Shown: positions 45,951 to 55,824 of the stretch, piece after piece
How the letters are laid out: each line of letters begins with the position of its first letter
How positions within the stretch are numbered: position 1 is the first letter of the stretch
IMG/VR virus record: IMGVR_UViG_3300030397_000298
DNA: 64,000 nucleotides
Direction: 5' to 3' (one strand)
Origin: a virus
Program-made: the position numbers and the translations under genes
Notes under the pieces: model-generated
The model's input: only the letters and a program-made list of their open reading frames with translations
Told to the model about the DNA's origin: nothing
Databases searched by the model: none

Positions 45951-46408
45951 AAGAATTACCAATAAAGGTAAAACTGTCTGAAAATTGTAATCTTCTAATT
46001 ATAGAAGACGATCTATACTTAAGGCCGTTTTTAGAAAAGTTCCTAGGAAAAGATCTAGTAGCGGTCTTAAGTGTTTTCTATAACAAAAGATCTAATAAGC
46101 AGAACCGTTATTTATTCGGGGTAATTATTCCCTGTGTAATAGCATGGGCTTTAGAAACAATGGGCGAAACCTGGACAAAAGAGAAAGCCAGGGTTTATAT
46201 CTATACTGAAGTCCTGGGTTATGAAATTGATTCTATGGAAACTTCTTCAGGAAAAGTAATTTTCTGGTTTGAAGGAAAGCGATTCAGTCAAATGAATACC
46301 GTAGAATTTAATGACGCTAAGACAACATGTCAATTTTATTTTGCACAAAGGGGTAAGATAATACCAGATCCCAGGGGCGATAATTTACTAAATGATTTTG
46401 TAAAATAA
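45947..46408 (+). CDS. NinB/YbcN-like recombination protein
   Basis: RSNKQNRYLFGVII...SQMNTVEFN...IIPDP. Confidence 0.7.
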   Translation: MKELPIKVKLSENCNLLIIEDDLYLRPFLEKFLGKDLVAVLSVFYNKRSNKQNRYLFGVIIPCVIAWALETMGETWTKEKARVYIYTEVLGYEIDSMETSSGKVIFWFEGKRFSQMNTVEFNDAKTTCQFYFAQRGKIIPDPRGDNLLNDFVK

Positions 46409-46656
46409 TGGAAAAGCTTTTCATAGAATTTCTAGAGATAAATAAGATGATAAGCCTACCGGTTACTAGTGTTCAGTATCGGGTAATGAAGCGTACTTTT
46501 TATGCAGCCTTCATTAAAGGATTTAGACAGGGCCAAATAGTTACGACTACAAAAACAGAATTTGAAGCTAGTCAGATTAGGGAAGCTTTGATGTCTGAAT
46601 TTATCCAGGGAACGGATAATATAGGGGGTATAGTTTTCGACGCTAGACAGAATTAA
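46408..46656 (+). CDS. Small hypothetical protein
   Basis: QYRVMKRTFYAAF. Confidence 0.6.
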   Translation: MEKLFIEFLEINKMISLPVTSVQYRVMKRTFYAAFIKGFRQGQIVTTTKTEFEASQIREALMSEFIQGTDNIGGIVFDARQN

Positions 46657-46657
46657 T

Positions 46658-47401
46658 ATGCAGGAATTACATTTAGCTTTTGATCTTTCTATTTTTATCT
46701 ATGGTCATTATCATGTCCAGGTAGGTAAGTTGAAACGTGAATTAGATTGTAAGGATCTAGCGAACAAAATAGAAAATCAAATTATGAATATTGCTATGCA
46801 GTTTCAGGAATCTAATATAGTAAAGAGTATAGTACTTTGCGCTGATTCTAGATCCTTCAGGAATGATATTTGGATGGGTTACAAGATGGGCAGAAAGTCC
46901 CTACCATTCGATAAGCAGGAAGTAATACAGTATTTGACTTTGAAAGTCCTTCAATGGGACGGCTTAGAAGCTGATGACTTAATGTATATCTATGCTGATA
47001 AGTACCCACATACAGTAATGGTTACTGAAGATAAGGACATGTTACAAGCTGTGAAAGACGAAACCCTGATGTATAAATATAAGTCAGGAAAACTTTTAGC
47101 GGCTGATGATGTGGATTATAAATTTGAAGCTTTGAAAAAAGTTCTATACGGCTGTCCTTCAGATTCTATACCTGAAGCTATATCAGCTAGGAAATTGAAT
47201 AATCCTACACTAGCATTAGAATTGAAAAATATGTACAGTGGACAACCAATAAAGATCGAACAGATTTGTTTAAACCTAATCGAAAAAGGCTACCCGATTA
47301 ATTTAGATATGGTAGGCATAAACTATGATTTGTGCGTATACAATATGGATTTATACCGGCGTAGAATTACTGGATTCGATGACTTATATTCTATAATTTA
47401 A
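46658..47401 (+). CDS. 5'-3' exonuclease (FEN/PIN, T4 RNase H-like)
   Basis: DSRSFRNDIWMGYKMGRK, LEADD, EDKDMLQ, GCPSDSIP. Confidence 0.85.
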   Translation: MQELHLAFDLSIFIYGHYHVQVGKLKRELDCKDLANKIENQIMNIAMQFQESNIVKSIVLCADSRSFRNDIWMGYKMGRKSLPFDKQEVIQYLTLKVLQWDGLEADDLMYIYADKYPHTVMVTEDKDMLQAVKDETLMYKYKSGKLLAADDVDYKFEALKKVLYGCPSDSIPEAISARKLNNPTLALELKNMYSGQPIKIEQICLNLIEKGYPINLDMVGINYDLCVYNMDLYRRRITGFDDLYSII

Positions 47402-47412
47402 ATAATTAAAAA

Positions 47413-48351
47413 ATGGCAGATCAGCTATCCAGGGAAGAAATGTTAAAGACATTTTCAGAGTACGCCCTACCCATGATTAACATGTTATTGCAACATGGAA
47501 CCACACCACAGGAAAAGAAAGATCTTCTAAATGAAATTGTAGCAGCCCAAATTTATAAAGGCGGTGCAAATTACGGGAAGACTTTAGAACAAGTGGCAGC
47601 AGCAGCGGCTACACCGGCTGCACCGGCACAGCCCGCCGCCCCTGTAGCAGAAACAGCAGCTACAGGAACAGCAGCTACATTAGCGGGCGGTGGTGCAGCA
47701 CAATTACAGGAAGCTTCATTAGGAAACCAGGAAGGCGTAACGCCGCCTGATCCTGTACCACCGGCTACACCGGCGGTAACGAAGGAAAAGACAGCACCAC
47801 CCCCGCCGGTACCAGAAACACCGGTAGCTAAGGAAGCAGTGATACAGGTAGGATTTGTTTCTAATGAACAGGTAGGAATAGTTTTACAAAAGGCTAGACT
47901 AGCTGCACAGAAGGCAGAACTTCACGCAAATGAAGCACAGCTTCTAATTAATGAAGCTTTTACAATGTTTGGGACTACGGCACCGGCTGTAATTGCACAA
48001 CCGGCGGCGTCCCCACAGCCACAAGCCCCCGCAAAAGAAGTGGCTAGTAAGACTGATACAGTCAAGACTAGTGCAGGGGCTACACCCACTTCTACTAAGA
48101 CTGCTAAAAAAGATGATCGGGGTAAGTTCATGACAATTAAAGCAGGGGAAGCAATACCCGAAGATCTGAAGTTTAACGCACAGATAGGTACCCTAGCTGA
48201 AGTTCATGATAAGGACGGTAAATTAGAGTTCATAGGTGAAGTTTTGAAACTGAAATACTATGAGAAGAAAAGGCACCTGATGTATCTTGACATTAAGCCA
48301 GAAGGCGGTAAAACTAAAATGGTACCTAACGCTAGGGTGAAAGCATGTTAG
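47413..48351 (+). CDS. Ala/Pro/Thr-rich, largely disordered protein
   Basis: Low-complexity linkers between short folded-looking segments. Confidence 0.75.
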   Translation: MADQLSREEMLKTFSEYALPMINMLLQHGTTPQEKKDLLNEIVAAQIYKGGANYGKTLEQVAAAAATPAAPAQPAAPVAETAATGTAATLAGGGAAQLQEASLGNQEGVTPPDPVPPATPAVTKEKTAPPPPVPETPVAKEAVIQVGFVSNEQVGIVLQKARLAAQKAELHANEAQLLINEAFTMFGTTAPAVIAQPAASPQPQAPAKEVASKTDTVKTSAGATPTSTKTAKKDDRGKFMTIKAGEAIPEDLKFNAQIGTLAEVHDKDGKLEFIGEVLKLKYYEKKRHLMYLDIKPEGGKTKMVPNARVKAC

Positions 48352-49286
48352 TAGCCGTTTATTCAGATTTGCATATTCATAACTATTCCCGTTATGATGT
48401 AGAAGGTTCACGACTAGATAACTGTTTACTAGTCCTGGACCTTCTGTATGCAGATTGTAAAGCCAGGGGAATAGACCTAATTTTATTTTCCGGTGATATG
48501 TTTGACCAGGCTAAGGGGTTACCAAAGATTGTAATTAATAGAACAGTTTCTAAGTTCCTTCAGCTTCGGGCAGAATATCCAGAAATAATTACCTACGCTA
48601 TCAGCGGTAATCATGATCAGGAAACTAAAAACCTAATTGATAAACCGGCTATAACTGCCCTTCGTTTCTTATCTACAATTTTCCCAGGGTGGTTTAATGT
48701 GATCGATAATGAAACTGTATTCCTAGATCATTTTTCAATTTCTGGAATACCTTACTATCCGATACATGAACATTACATAGATGAATTGACATCTAGGGTA
48801 TCTGATATTAAGGATATGAAGTATCAGACTAATATTTTATTGAACCATCAGACGCCACAGGGAATTAAAAATAAGTTTGTTCCCGCTGATATAGACGTAA
48901 TTAATCATGTTGGATTTAATCATGTGTTTTGTGGTCACATACATCAGCATGAAGTATTATCAGATAATTTTACTGTAGTGGGTTCACCACTTCATAGGGA
49001 TTTTGGAGATGAAGGGGAAGATAACGGATTTCTAATTTATGATATTAGAACTAATGCTATGGAACGGGTATTACTACCACTTCCAAAATTTGAAAGGGTA
49101 GACACCCTGGATACATCATCAGCCAATTATCAAAAAGAAAATATAGTAATCCCAGAAATCACAGATGAAGACCAGAAGGGGCTAGACCTTAATTTGAATC
49201 ATCATGAAGCTGTACAGGAATACTTCAATAAGGTAGACGGTAGCAATATGGATTTATTAGCTATTGGGTTAAGTCTAATTCAATGA
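48345..49286 (+). CDS. sbcD: SbcD/Mre11-like metallophosphoesterase nuclease
   Basis: SDLH, GDMFD, GNHD, GHIH, VGSP; adjacent to SbcC. Confidence 0.9.
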   Translation: MLVAVYSDLHIHNYSRYDVEGSRLDNCLLVLDLLYADCKARGIDLILFSGDMFDQAKGLPKIVINRTVSKFLQLRAEYPEIITYAISGNHDQETKNLIDKPAITALRFLSTIFPGWFNVIDNETVFLDHFSISGIPYYPIHEHYIDELTSRVSDIKDMKYQTNILLNHQTPQGIKNKFVPADIDVINHVGFNHVFCGHIHQHEVLSDNFTVVGSPLHRDFGDEGEDNGFLIYDIRTNAMERVLLPLPKFERVDTLDTSSANYQKENIVIPEITDEDQKGLDLNLNHHEAVQEYFNKVDGSNMDLLAIGLSLIQ

Positions 49287-51064
49287 AAGATATAAAACTA
49301 CTTCAGCTAAATGTAACCGGCTTCAGATCTATAAAACAGATCAGTTTGAATTTCGATGATTACGCCGGTATAAATATAATCAGGGGTGATAATGGAATAG
49401 GTAAGACTTCTTTGATAGAATCTATTGCATGGTGTTTATACGGCGTAGATTTAAAAGGGACACTAGCGGACCAGGTAAGTACCTGGAAGTGGTTAAGGGA
49501 TTTCTTCACCCCCTGGATGGGAACTAGGGTAATGATTAGAATGACTGTAGACGGTAAGACCTATGTGATTTGCAGAATGAAAAAGTACAAAGGGGAAACT
49601 AGCGGCCTGAAGGTTCCAAATGGAATACTTATAATTAGTGAGCAGGGTTATAATGAATCACTAGATAAAGCTGAAAGTCAGAAGTTCATAAATGGGCTTA
49701 TAGGAATTGATAGTAAGACTTTTCTAAATTCTATTTTGTTCGGTCAAAGATTACAGCGGTTCATAGATGCAAAGAATGAAGATAAGCGTAAGATATTTGA
49801 ATCATTATTCGATGTAGATTTCATAGATGAAGCTGCTAAGAAGGCGAAGCTAGAAGCTGATAATATCAAAGCTAAAGTTTCGGCGTACAGTACTACTATT
49901 TCCCAGATGGAAAATACTGTATTGGAAAAAACCAGGTTTCTAGAAGAGCAGCAGAAGGTATTAGAATTTTTTGACAATCAGAAAGCAAATGATTTAAGAC
50001 AGGCTGAAGAACTCCTAGGAATGAAGACCGCCGGTTTTAATCAATTGATAGGTACCAGGATAGAAAAGCCTGAATTTGATCAGGAACAGTATAACAAGAT
50101 TTATCAGCAATATTCATCTATTAATTTAGAAGGTAGGAACGCTGATATAATTAGAATGAGTGGCGAACATGATAAGCTAGTAGCTGAAGCTAATAGTTCA
50201 AAATGCTATGCCTGTGGACAGCATGTAGAAATAACCCAGGATAAGAAAAATAATATAAATGAACTATACCGACTGATCGATTTAGAAAATGCTGTATTGA
50301 AGGATGAAACCATTAAGAAAGCACAATTAGAAAATAAATTAAATGAACTGAACCAGGATAAGGCTTCTTATGATACTAAAATGAAAGCCTATAATAATTA
50401 TTCTAATCAGTTAACCACACTTCAGAATGAAGTAAATTTATTGACTAACCAGGTTAATAATATTGCAGCTAGGCAAAAGCCAAATATAGATCTAGATAGT
50501 ATCAAATCGGAGATCTTGAAATTACAATCAGATATACAGGATCAGAAGATATTTTTAGAGCATGAAGAACAGCAATTCCAGTATTATAATTGGTGGGCTA
50601 AAACCGGCTTCGGGCCTAGTGGTATGAAAATTCATATCCTTCAGTCAATGCTAAAGATTCTGAATAATAATCTACTTCAGTATGCATCTAGATTTTCCCT
50701 GGGAATTACAATAGGCTATGATCTAACCAAAGTGAATAAAAGTCTTTCTATCCAGGTTCAGAAGAACGGGCATACAATCGACTATAAGGAACTTTCAGGG
50801 GGGCAGAAGGCACGGGTAGACGTTTGCATAGCTTTTGCTATTCATGATGCCCTAAGTTCTTCAGTATCGAAATTTAATGTACTCTTCCTGGATGAATTTT
50901 TTGAAGGCCTAGACGATCCTGGTAGATATGAAGTTTTCGAAGTACTTAGAAGTAAGTCAGAACAAAGTACAATATTCATGATTACCCATGATGCAGCTCT
51001 AGACGTTAGGAATACGACTAACATCTATTTGAATTTTGAAAATGAATTAACCACAATGGCATGA
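49283..51064 (+). CDS. sbcC: SbcC/Rad50-like SMC ATPase
   Basis: GDNGIGKTS, zinc hook CYACG, LSGGQK, FLDEFF, ITH. Confidence 0.93.
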   Translation: MKDIKLLQLNVTGFRSIKQISLNFDDYAGINIIRGDNGIGKTSLIESIAWCLYGVDLKGTLADQVSTWKWLRDFFTPWMGTRVMIRMTVDGKTYVICRMKKYKGETSGLKVPNGILIISEQGYNESLDKAESQKFINGLIGIDSKTFLNSILFGQRLQRFIDAKNEDKRKIFESLFDVDFIDEAAKKAKLEADNIKAKVSAYSTTISQMENTVLEKTRFLEEQQKVLEFFDNQKANDLRQAEELLGMKTAGFNQLIGTRIEKPEFDQEQYNKIYQQYSSINLEGRNADIIRMSGEHDKLVAEANSSKCYACGQHVEITQDKKNNINELYRLIDLENAVLKDETIKKAQLENKLNELNQDKASYDTKMKAYNNYSNQLTTLQNEVNLLTNQVNNIAARQKPNIDLDSIKSEILKLQSDIQDQKIFLEHEEQQFQYYNWWAKTGFGPSGMKIHILQSMLKILNNNLLQYASRFSLGITIGYDLTKVNKSLSIQVQKNGHTIDYKELSGGQKARVDVCIAFAIHDALSSSVSKFNVLFLDEFFEGLDDPGRYEVFEVLRSKSEQSTIFMITHDAALDVRNTTNIYLNFENELTTMA

Positions 51065-51492
51065 AGGAGGTAGCGAAGCTGAACCAGGTTAATTTATTGG
51101 AAGGTCTTAGACTAGACGATGTTAGAATAGATGATGATAATGAACTATCTATAACTGATGTAACAGATTTTGGTGAAACATTCAGACCCCGTACAGAAAT
51201 TAGAGGAAGCTTTACACTGATACCATTGACTGATGAAGCAGAAGAAAGGCTTCATGAAGATTTGAAAAAGGTAGTACCTAAATACGGGTTAGGAATAGAG
51301 TTCAGTACTATGTCATCCAACATAAAATTATCAGGGGGATTTGTAGTTAATATTCCCTTTCATTTAGTAGTAGAATATTTCCATAAAAAAAGAAAAGAAA
51401 ATGGCGAATCCGATTTTTCAAACGACTGTCAAAGCGACCGGCAAAACGATCAGGGTGTACAAAAGCAGCAGAAAGGCAGGTACCTACATTGA
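51061..51492 (+). CDS. Hypothetical protein
   Basis: ATGA coupling; C-terminus overlaps an alternative ORF at 51401-51565. Confidence 0.6.
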   Translation: MKEVAKLNQVNLLEGLRLDDVRIDDDNELSITDVTDFGETFRPRTEIRGSFTLIPLTDEAEERLHEDLKKVVPKYGLGIEFSTMSSNIKLSGGFVVNIPFHLVVEYFHKKRKENGESDFSNDCQSDRQNDQGVQKQQKGRYLH

Positions 51493-51551
51493 GTACCCAG
51501 GCTGTGACATTGAACACAAGAAAGAAGATCTAGGAAGATTAGTTAAGGTAG

Positions 51552-51785
51552 ATGAAGATAACTGATCAGACTAGCTTCGTTCTAAGCATACTTACCCTGG
51601 AAGAGAAGCACGAACTAGCAGGGCGGGTATTTTCTGGTAGGGGCTATGGTAAAGAACATCCTATGGACCCTGTTCTATCTGAACTTATAAAAATCTATGA
51701 TAGAACTTTGACTAAGGATAATACTACCGAACGCCTTTTAAATTGTAAATTAGTAATCTTAAGAATAGTCTATGGCACTGACTGA
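51552..51785 (+). CDS. Small hypothetical protein
   Basis: ORF in packed operon. Confidence 0.55.
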   Translation: MKITDQTSFVLSILTLEEKHELAGRVFSGRGYGKEHPMDPVLSELIKIYDRTLTKDNTTERLLNCKLVILRIVYGTD

Positions 51786-51975
51786 TGAATCTATCTTTCC
51801 ATACGGGAAGTATAAAAATTCTGGTACTAAAATGGAAGACGTACCCGATCATTATTTAAGATCCCAATTTCATTATTTTTCTAAAAAGGAAGTTACCCCT
51901 AATAGTCCTGTGGATCAGGTACTAGGATATGTTCGGGATAATTGGGATGTCCTGGGAATGAATAAGCGTTCATGA
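51772..51975 (+). CDS. DUF3820-like small protein
   Basis: IFPYGKYK..GTKMEDVPDHYL. Confidence 0.7.
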   Translation: MALTDESIFPYGKYKNSGTKMEDVPDHYLRSQFHYFSKKEVTPNSPVDQVLGYVRDNWDVLGMNKRS

Positions 51976-52337
51976 AGAAGCACGTTAAAATATACCTGGA
52001 TTATTTTTACCCACACTTCGGGCCTGATGATTTTTTCATATGCGAATTAACCGGTACCAGGGCCGTAGATGTTCACCACATTGAAGCTAGGGGAATGGGC
52101 GGTAGTAAGCAAAAGGATGATATTAAAAATCTAATGGGACTAGCTAGACTTCCCCATCAGCTATACGGGGATCTTTCATTTTATGAAGGTCATCTTAAGG
52201 AAGCCCATTACTGCTTCATGGAAAACAGGATACCCTATATTCAGCATAACCCTAATTCAATGTTATTCAATGATCTGCTTAACACTAAGGAATATCATAA
52301 ATTAGTGTTTGAAGCAAGATTAAAACATGGGCACTAA
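51972..52337 (+). CDS. HNH-like protein with degenerate Zn ligands
   Basis: CELTGTRAVDVHHIEARGMGGSK..DDIKNLMGLARLPH. Confidence 0.75.
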   Translation: MKKHVKIYLDYFYPHFGPDDFFICELTGTRAVDVHHIEARGMGGSKQKDDIKNLMGLARLPHQLYGDLSFYEGHLKEAHYCFMENRIPYIQHNPNSMLFNDLLNTKEYHKLVFEARLKHGH

Positions 52338-52686
52338 TCCGAAGGACAGCCTACATTATAAGCTGATCCATTTCACCCAGAAGTACGGTTTAGAATTTGA
52401 AACTGAATATTTCTTTGCTGAAGGCCGTTCTTATCGTTTTGACTTCTATATACCACTTCTTCGCTTAGGTATCGAATATGAAGGCCTGAACGCATCTAAG
52501 AAGCAGAATAAGGGAAATTCCGGGAAATCCAGGCACACGACAAAGGGCGGCTACACTGAAGACTGTAGGAAATACAATTTAGCGATTAAGCTAGGATACC
52601 GATTATTGAGATATACCCCGATCAATTCGAACGAATTAGAAGAAGATCTGATATACTACCTTCAGAATCCCCCAGGAAAATTTTAA
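52327..52686 (+). CDS. PD-(D/E)xK / Vsr-like endonuclease (candidate resolvase)
   Basis: TEYFF...YRFDFY...IEYEG...EDCRKYN...GYRLLRYT. Confidence 0.8.
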   Translation: MGTNPKDSLHYKLIHFTQKYGLEFETEYFFAEGRSYRFDFYIPLLRLGIEYEGLNASKKQNKGNSGKSRHTTKGGYTEDCRKYNLAIKLGYRLLRYTPINSNELEEDLIYYLQNPPGKF

Positions 52687-52691
52687 TATAG

Positions 52692-52712
52692 AATAAAAGA
52701 TTAATATATTTG
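52692..52712 (+). promoter_or_regulatory. Promoter AATAAAAGATT-AA-TATATTTG, likely leaderless
   Basis: Perfect TAnnTTTG at 52705-52712, ending 4 nt before ATG 52717. Confidence 0.7.
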
Positions 52713-52716
52713 GGAC

Positions 52717-53292
52717 ATGAAAAGATTAATGTTTCTTCGTATTCATTGTACGGCCACCAAAGAAGGGCGGGACTATGATAAGGAAACCGTTTTAGGGTGG
52801 TTCAAAGCTAGGGGGTGGCGTCATCCTGGATATAATGACATTATTCACCTGGACGGGAACATAAGTAATCTTTTAGATTTCGATACGGACGCCTTCGTAT
52901 CTTCCTATGAAATTTCCAATGGTGTAAGGGGCCGTAATTCAAATGCTAGAAATGTTTCATATATAGGTGGCGTAACCGCCCATGATCATAGGATAGCTAA
53001 GGATACCAGGACATTACATCAAAAGGATTGTCTTAGCGAATATGTTTGGCAAATGGTACGGCGTTATCCCTGGATAATCGTAGGTGGTCATAATCAGTAT
53101 TCATCAAAGGCCTGTCCTTCATTTGATGTACCGGCCTGGTTAGAACATATCTGCATACCGGAAGCTAATATAGATCGGACTGTACGACCTTCAGCAATCA
53201 CTACAGAACCAGAATCATTATTTGATATGGACATATACGGAGAGTCCGATATAATTAAGAACCCCGTATGGAGATTTCTAAAGAGATTGTAA
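52717..53292 (+). CDS. N-acetylmuramoyl-L-alanine amidase (Amidase_2, T7 lysozyme type)
   Basis: IHCTAT, GWRHPGY, SYIGG, GHNQ, KACPSFDV. Confidence 0.92.
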   Translation: MKRLMFLRIHCTATKEGRDYDKETVLGWFKARGWRHPGYNDIIHLDGNISNLLDFDTDAFVSSYEISNGVRGRNSNARNVSYIGGVTAHDHRIAKDTRTLHQKDCLSEYVWQMVRRYPWIIVGGHNQYSSKACPSFDVPAWLEHICIPEANIDRTVRPSAITTEPESLFDMDIYGESDIIKNPVWRFLKRL

Positions 53293-53504
53293 TTAAAAAG
53301 AGGTATAACTACCTTACTATAAAAGAATTTATAAATAGATTCAACCCGCCACTAACTAAAGAATCAGTTAATTACCTGATCGAAAATGATAAGGTAGATT
53401 TTATGAGGCCTGGAAATGAACGCTTCATAGTCATGACTAAAAAAACTGAATCTTATAAACCTAATAGTTATGCCAACAGAATTACCAAGCGGGAACAGAA
53501 CTAA
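53268..53504 (+). CDS. Small HTH-like DNA-binding protein
   Basis: YLTIKEF....LTKESVNYLIENDKV. Confidence 0.55.
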   Translation: MEISKEIVIKKRYNYLTIKEFINRFNPPLTKESVNYLIENDKVDFMRPGNERFIVMTKKTESYKPNSYANRITKREQN

Positions 53505-54066
53505 GGCACAGAAAGAACAGGACTTTATAGATATAACCAGGCTTAGAAAAGAAGGTAAAACCTGGGTAGAAGTTCATGACTGGATAGCACAGAATAGAGA
53601 CTACACTATTAATCATTATGGACTGTGCCGGTGGTACAAATCAGAATGTAAAAAAGCGGGTATAGAAGGCCTAGACCAGACGGCCCAATCTGAAGTATTC
53701 GAACAGATTATTGATAGTATTAATGATGCTCAATTGAAGGCTATAAATGCATGGGCTAAATCCTGTGAAGATGTAGTAAAAACGAAAGCAGAATATGTAG
53801 TTAAGAAAGGTATAAAACTAAAAATTTCCGAAGCTGTAGAAATAATGGGCAGTGCCGGTAATCCAAAATTCCTAACCCTATTTTTACAATGCGAAGACAA
53901 GCGGGCAAAGCTATATGATTTAGGCAGGAAGAAAGACGGTCCGAATTTCGATTTTAATTTCTTTATGGAAAATTATCAAATAGATGATGATTTCGGAACC
54001 TTCAGAGATGAACCCATATTATCAGAAGATCATGTAGATAGCGATTTTGAAAAAAAAGGTTATTAG
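53470..54066 (+). CDS. Terminase small subunit (putative)
   Basis: HTH-like N-terminus, GNPKFL...CEDKRAKLYDL, directly upstream of TerL. Confidence 0.65.
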   Translation: MPTELPSGNRTKAQKEQDFIDITRLRKEGKTWVEVHDWIAQNRDYTINHYGLCRWYKSECKKAGIEGLDQTAQSEVFEQIIDSINDAQLKAINAWAKSCEDVVKTKAEYVVKKGIKLKISEAVEIMGSAGNPKFLTLFLQCEDKRAKLYDLGRKKDGPNFDFNFFMENYQIDDDFGTFRDEPILSEDHVDSDFEKKGY

Positions 54067-55318
54067 ATTATTCAAAAAGTATACCCCTGTCTATTATTGG
54101 ATCAGGAATAGTATAGCGTTTATCATCATTAACCAGGGTGGTACGTCTTCTTCTAAGACTATATCTACCCTTCAGGATATTATAAGGCACTGCATTTATC
54201 AGACGGGCCTAGATCCTGAAGACAAAGAACCATATACAGCTACCGTAATTGCCGAATCATGGCCTACCCTGGAAAGGGGGGCTTTGAAGGATTTCAAATT
54301 ACTATTGAATCAGTCTAGATACTTAAGGTATCTTTTGAAAAATCCAGAATTAGAAAAGGGACCATTTAAATTTACCAATGGATCAGTATTAGAATTTGTA
54401 ACAGTTCGTGACCATAGGGACGCTAGGCATGGTAAGCGTCATATTCTATTCTGCAATGAAGTAAATAACCTGGATAAGAAGGCTGTAGAACAGATGATGG
54501 TAAGAACTAAGTTCAGGGTTTATATGGATTATAATTCTGATGCTAGGTTCTGGGTTCATGATGAATACATAAGTAGACCTGATACAGATTTCTTCATTTC
54601 AAACTTTACACATAACCCCTTCTGTCCGGAAAAGATTAAGACACAGATACTAGGATGGAAAACAGATTGGGAAAAAACCATTACGCCGGTTAATCCTAAA
54701 GGTAGTGCTAGTAAGCGTAATAATTGGTATGTTTACGGTCTGGGAAAGACCGGCGTACCAGAAGGTGCGATTTATGACGATGTGAATTGGGTTCCAATGT
54801 TGCCACCCCATTTAAAATTCAGGGCGTATTTCCTGGATTGGGGATTTCAGGTAGACCCCCTAGCCTTTGGTGTGGCCGGTGTTCATGCCGGTGAACTGTA
54901 CGGTAAAGAACTGATCTATGAACTAGGGCTATTGACTACTGATCTTATAAAGAAATTCAATGAATTAGGGATAGACAAGAATGATCCAATTATAGTAGAT
55001 AATTCAGATCCCGAATCAATAGCGCAACTGAAAAAGAAGGGTTATAATATTGTAGTTTTCACTGATAAGAAGGACAAAAAATCAGCTATAAAATCTTTGC
55101 GTAGTCGGAAGATTAATTTAACTTACGATTCGGCAAATTGGGCAAGCGAACAGGAAAATTACAAGTGGAAAAAAGTACGTGGTGAATGGACGAATGAACC
55201 ACAAGACGGGGACGATCATTTATGGGATGGATTTCTATATTACTATAAATATTTCTTTGGGGCTAAAGCTATGTCCCAATCATCATTTAAAAAACGAACA
55301 ATAAATAGGGTAAGATGA
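54047..55318 (+). CDS. terL: Terminase large subunit (PBSX/Terminase_3 type)
   Basis: NQGGTSSSKT, CNEVN, MDYN, DWGFQVDP, DDHLWDG. Confidence 0.93.
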   Translation: MKKKVIRLFKKYTPVYYWIRNSIAFIIINQGGTSSSKTISTLQDIIRHCIYQTGLDPEDKEPYTATVIAESWPTLERGALKDFKLLLNQSRYLRYLLKNPELEKGPFKFTNGSVLEFVTVRDHRDARHGKRHILFCNEVNNLDKKAVEQMMVRTKFRVYMDYNSDARFWVHDEYISRPDTDFFISNFTHNPFCPEKIKTQILGWKTDWEKTITPVNPKGSASKRNNWYVYGLGKTGVPEGAIYDDVNWVPMLPPHLKFRAYFLDWGFQVDPLAFGVAGVHAGELYGKELIYELGLLTTDLIKKFNELGIDKNDPIIVDNSDPESIAQLKKKGYNIVVFTDKKDKKSAIKSLRSRKINLTYDSANWASEQENYKWKKVRGEWTNEPQDGDDHLWDGFLYYYKYFFGAKAMSQSSFKKRTINRVR

Positions 55319-55824
55319 CCACACAGGAATTATTATTAGAAGCCCTTAAGCAGGGCAAAGCAGAAGGTAACACTAGATTAGTCAATGAACTATCAAAAGT
55401 TATCAAAGCCGTTTACAGGGACGCTTCAGTAGGCAGGGAAGTAAACGCGATCAAAAAAGGTAGAACTCAGGTAAAGGCTAGCGCCGCTGATGGGGGTAAC
55501 TCTGATTGGGAAGACTACCAACCTGGTAAATCAAAAAAGAATACGAACAAGGCAGAAAAGGTAGTGGATGCTGCGGGTGATGCCAAAGGCGAAGCGAATG
55601 ACCATAATTTTGATTTATCGGACATTAACGCTATTCCAATTGATGAACTAGCTACCATGTCTAAAGAAGCACTTCTAGAAGCAGCGGGTAGTCTAGGTAA
55701 AATTAAAGCTTATGCTAAGGCTATAGGCCTTCCGGTAAATCATGAATTAAAAGGTATGGACTTCCTAGAAGACTTTGCCACAAAAGTTAATGAAGCCGCC
55801 GCCGCTATAGCTGATGCAAATTAA
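55315..55824 (+). CDS. Hypothetical protein
   Basis: ATGA coupling to TerL. Confidence 0.7.
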   Translation: MTTQELLLEALKQGKAEGNTRLVNELSKVIKAVYRDASVGREVNAIKKGRTQVKASAADGGNSDWEDYQPGKSKKNTNKAEKVVDAAGDAKGEANDHNFDLSDINAIPIDELATMSKEALLEAAGSLGKIKAYAKAIGLPVNHELKGMDFLEDFATKVNEAAAAIADAN

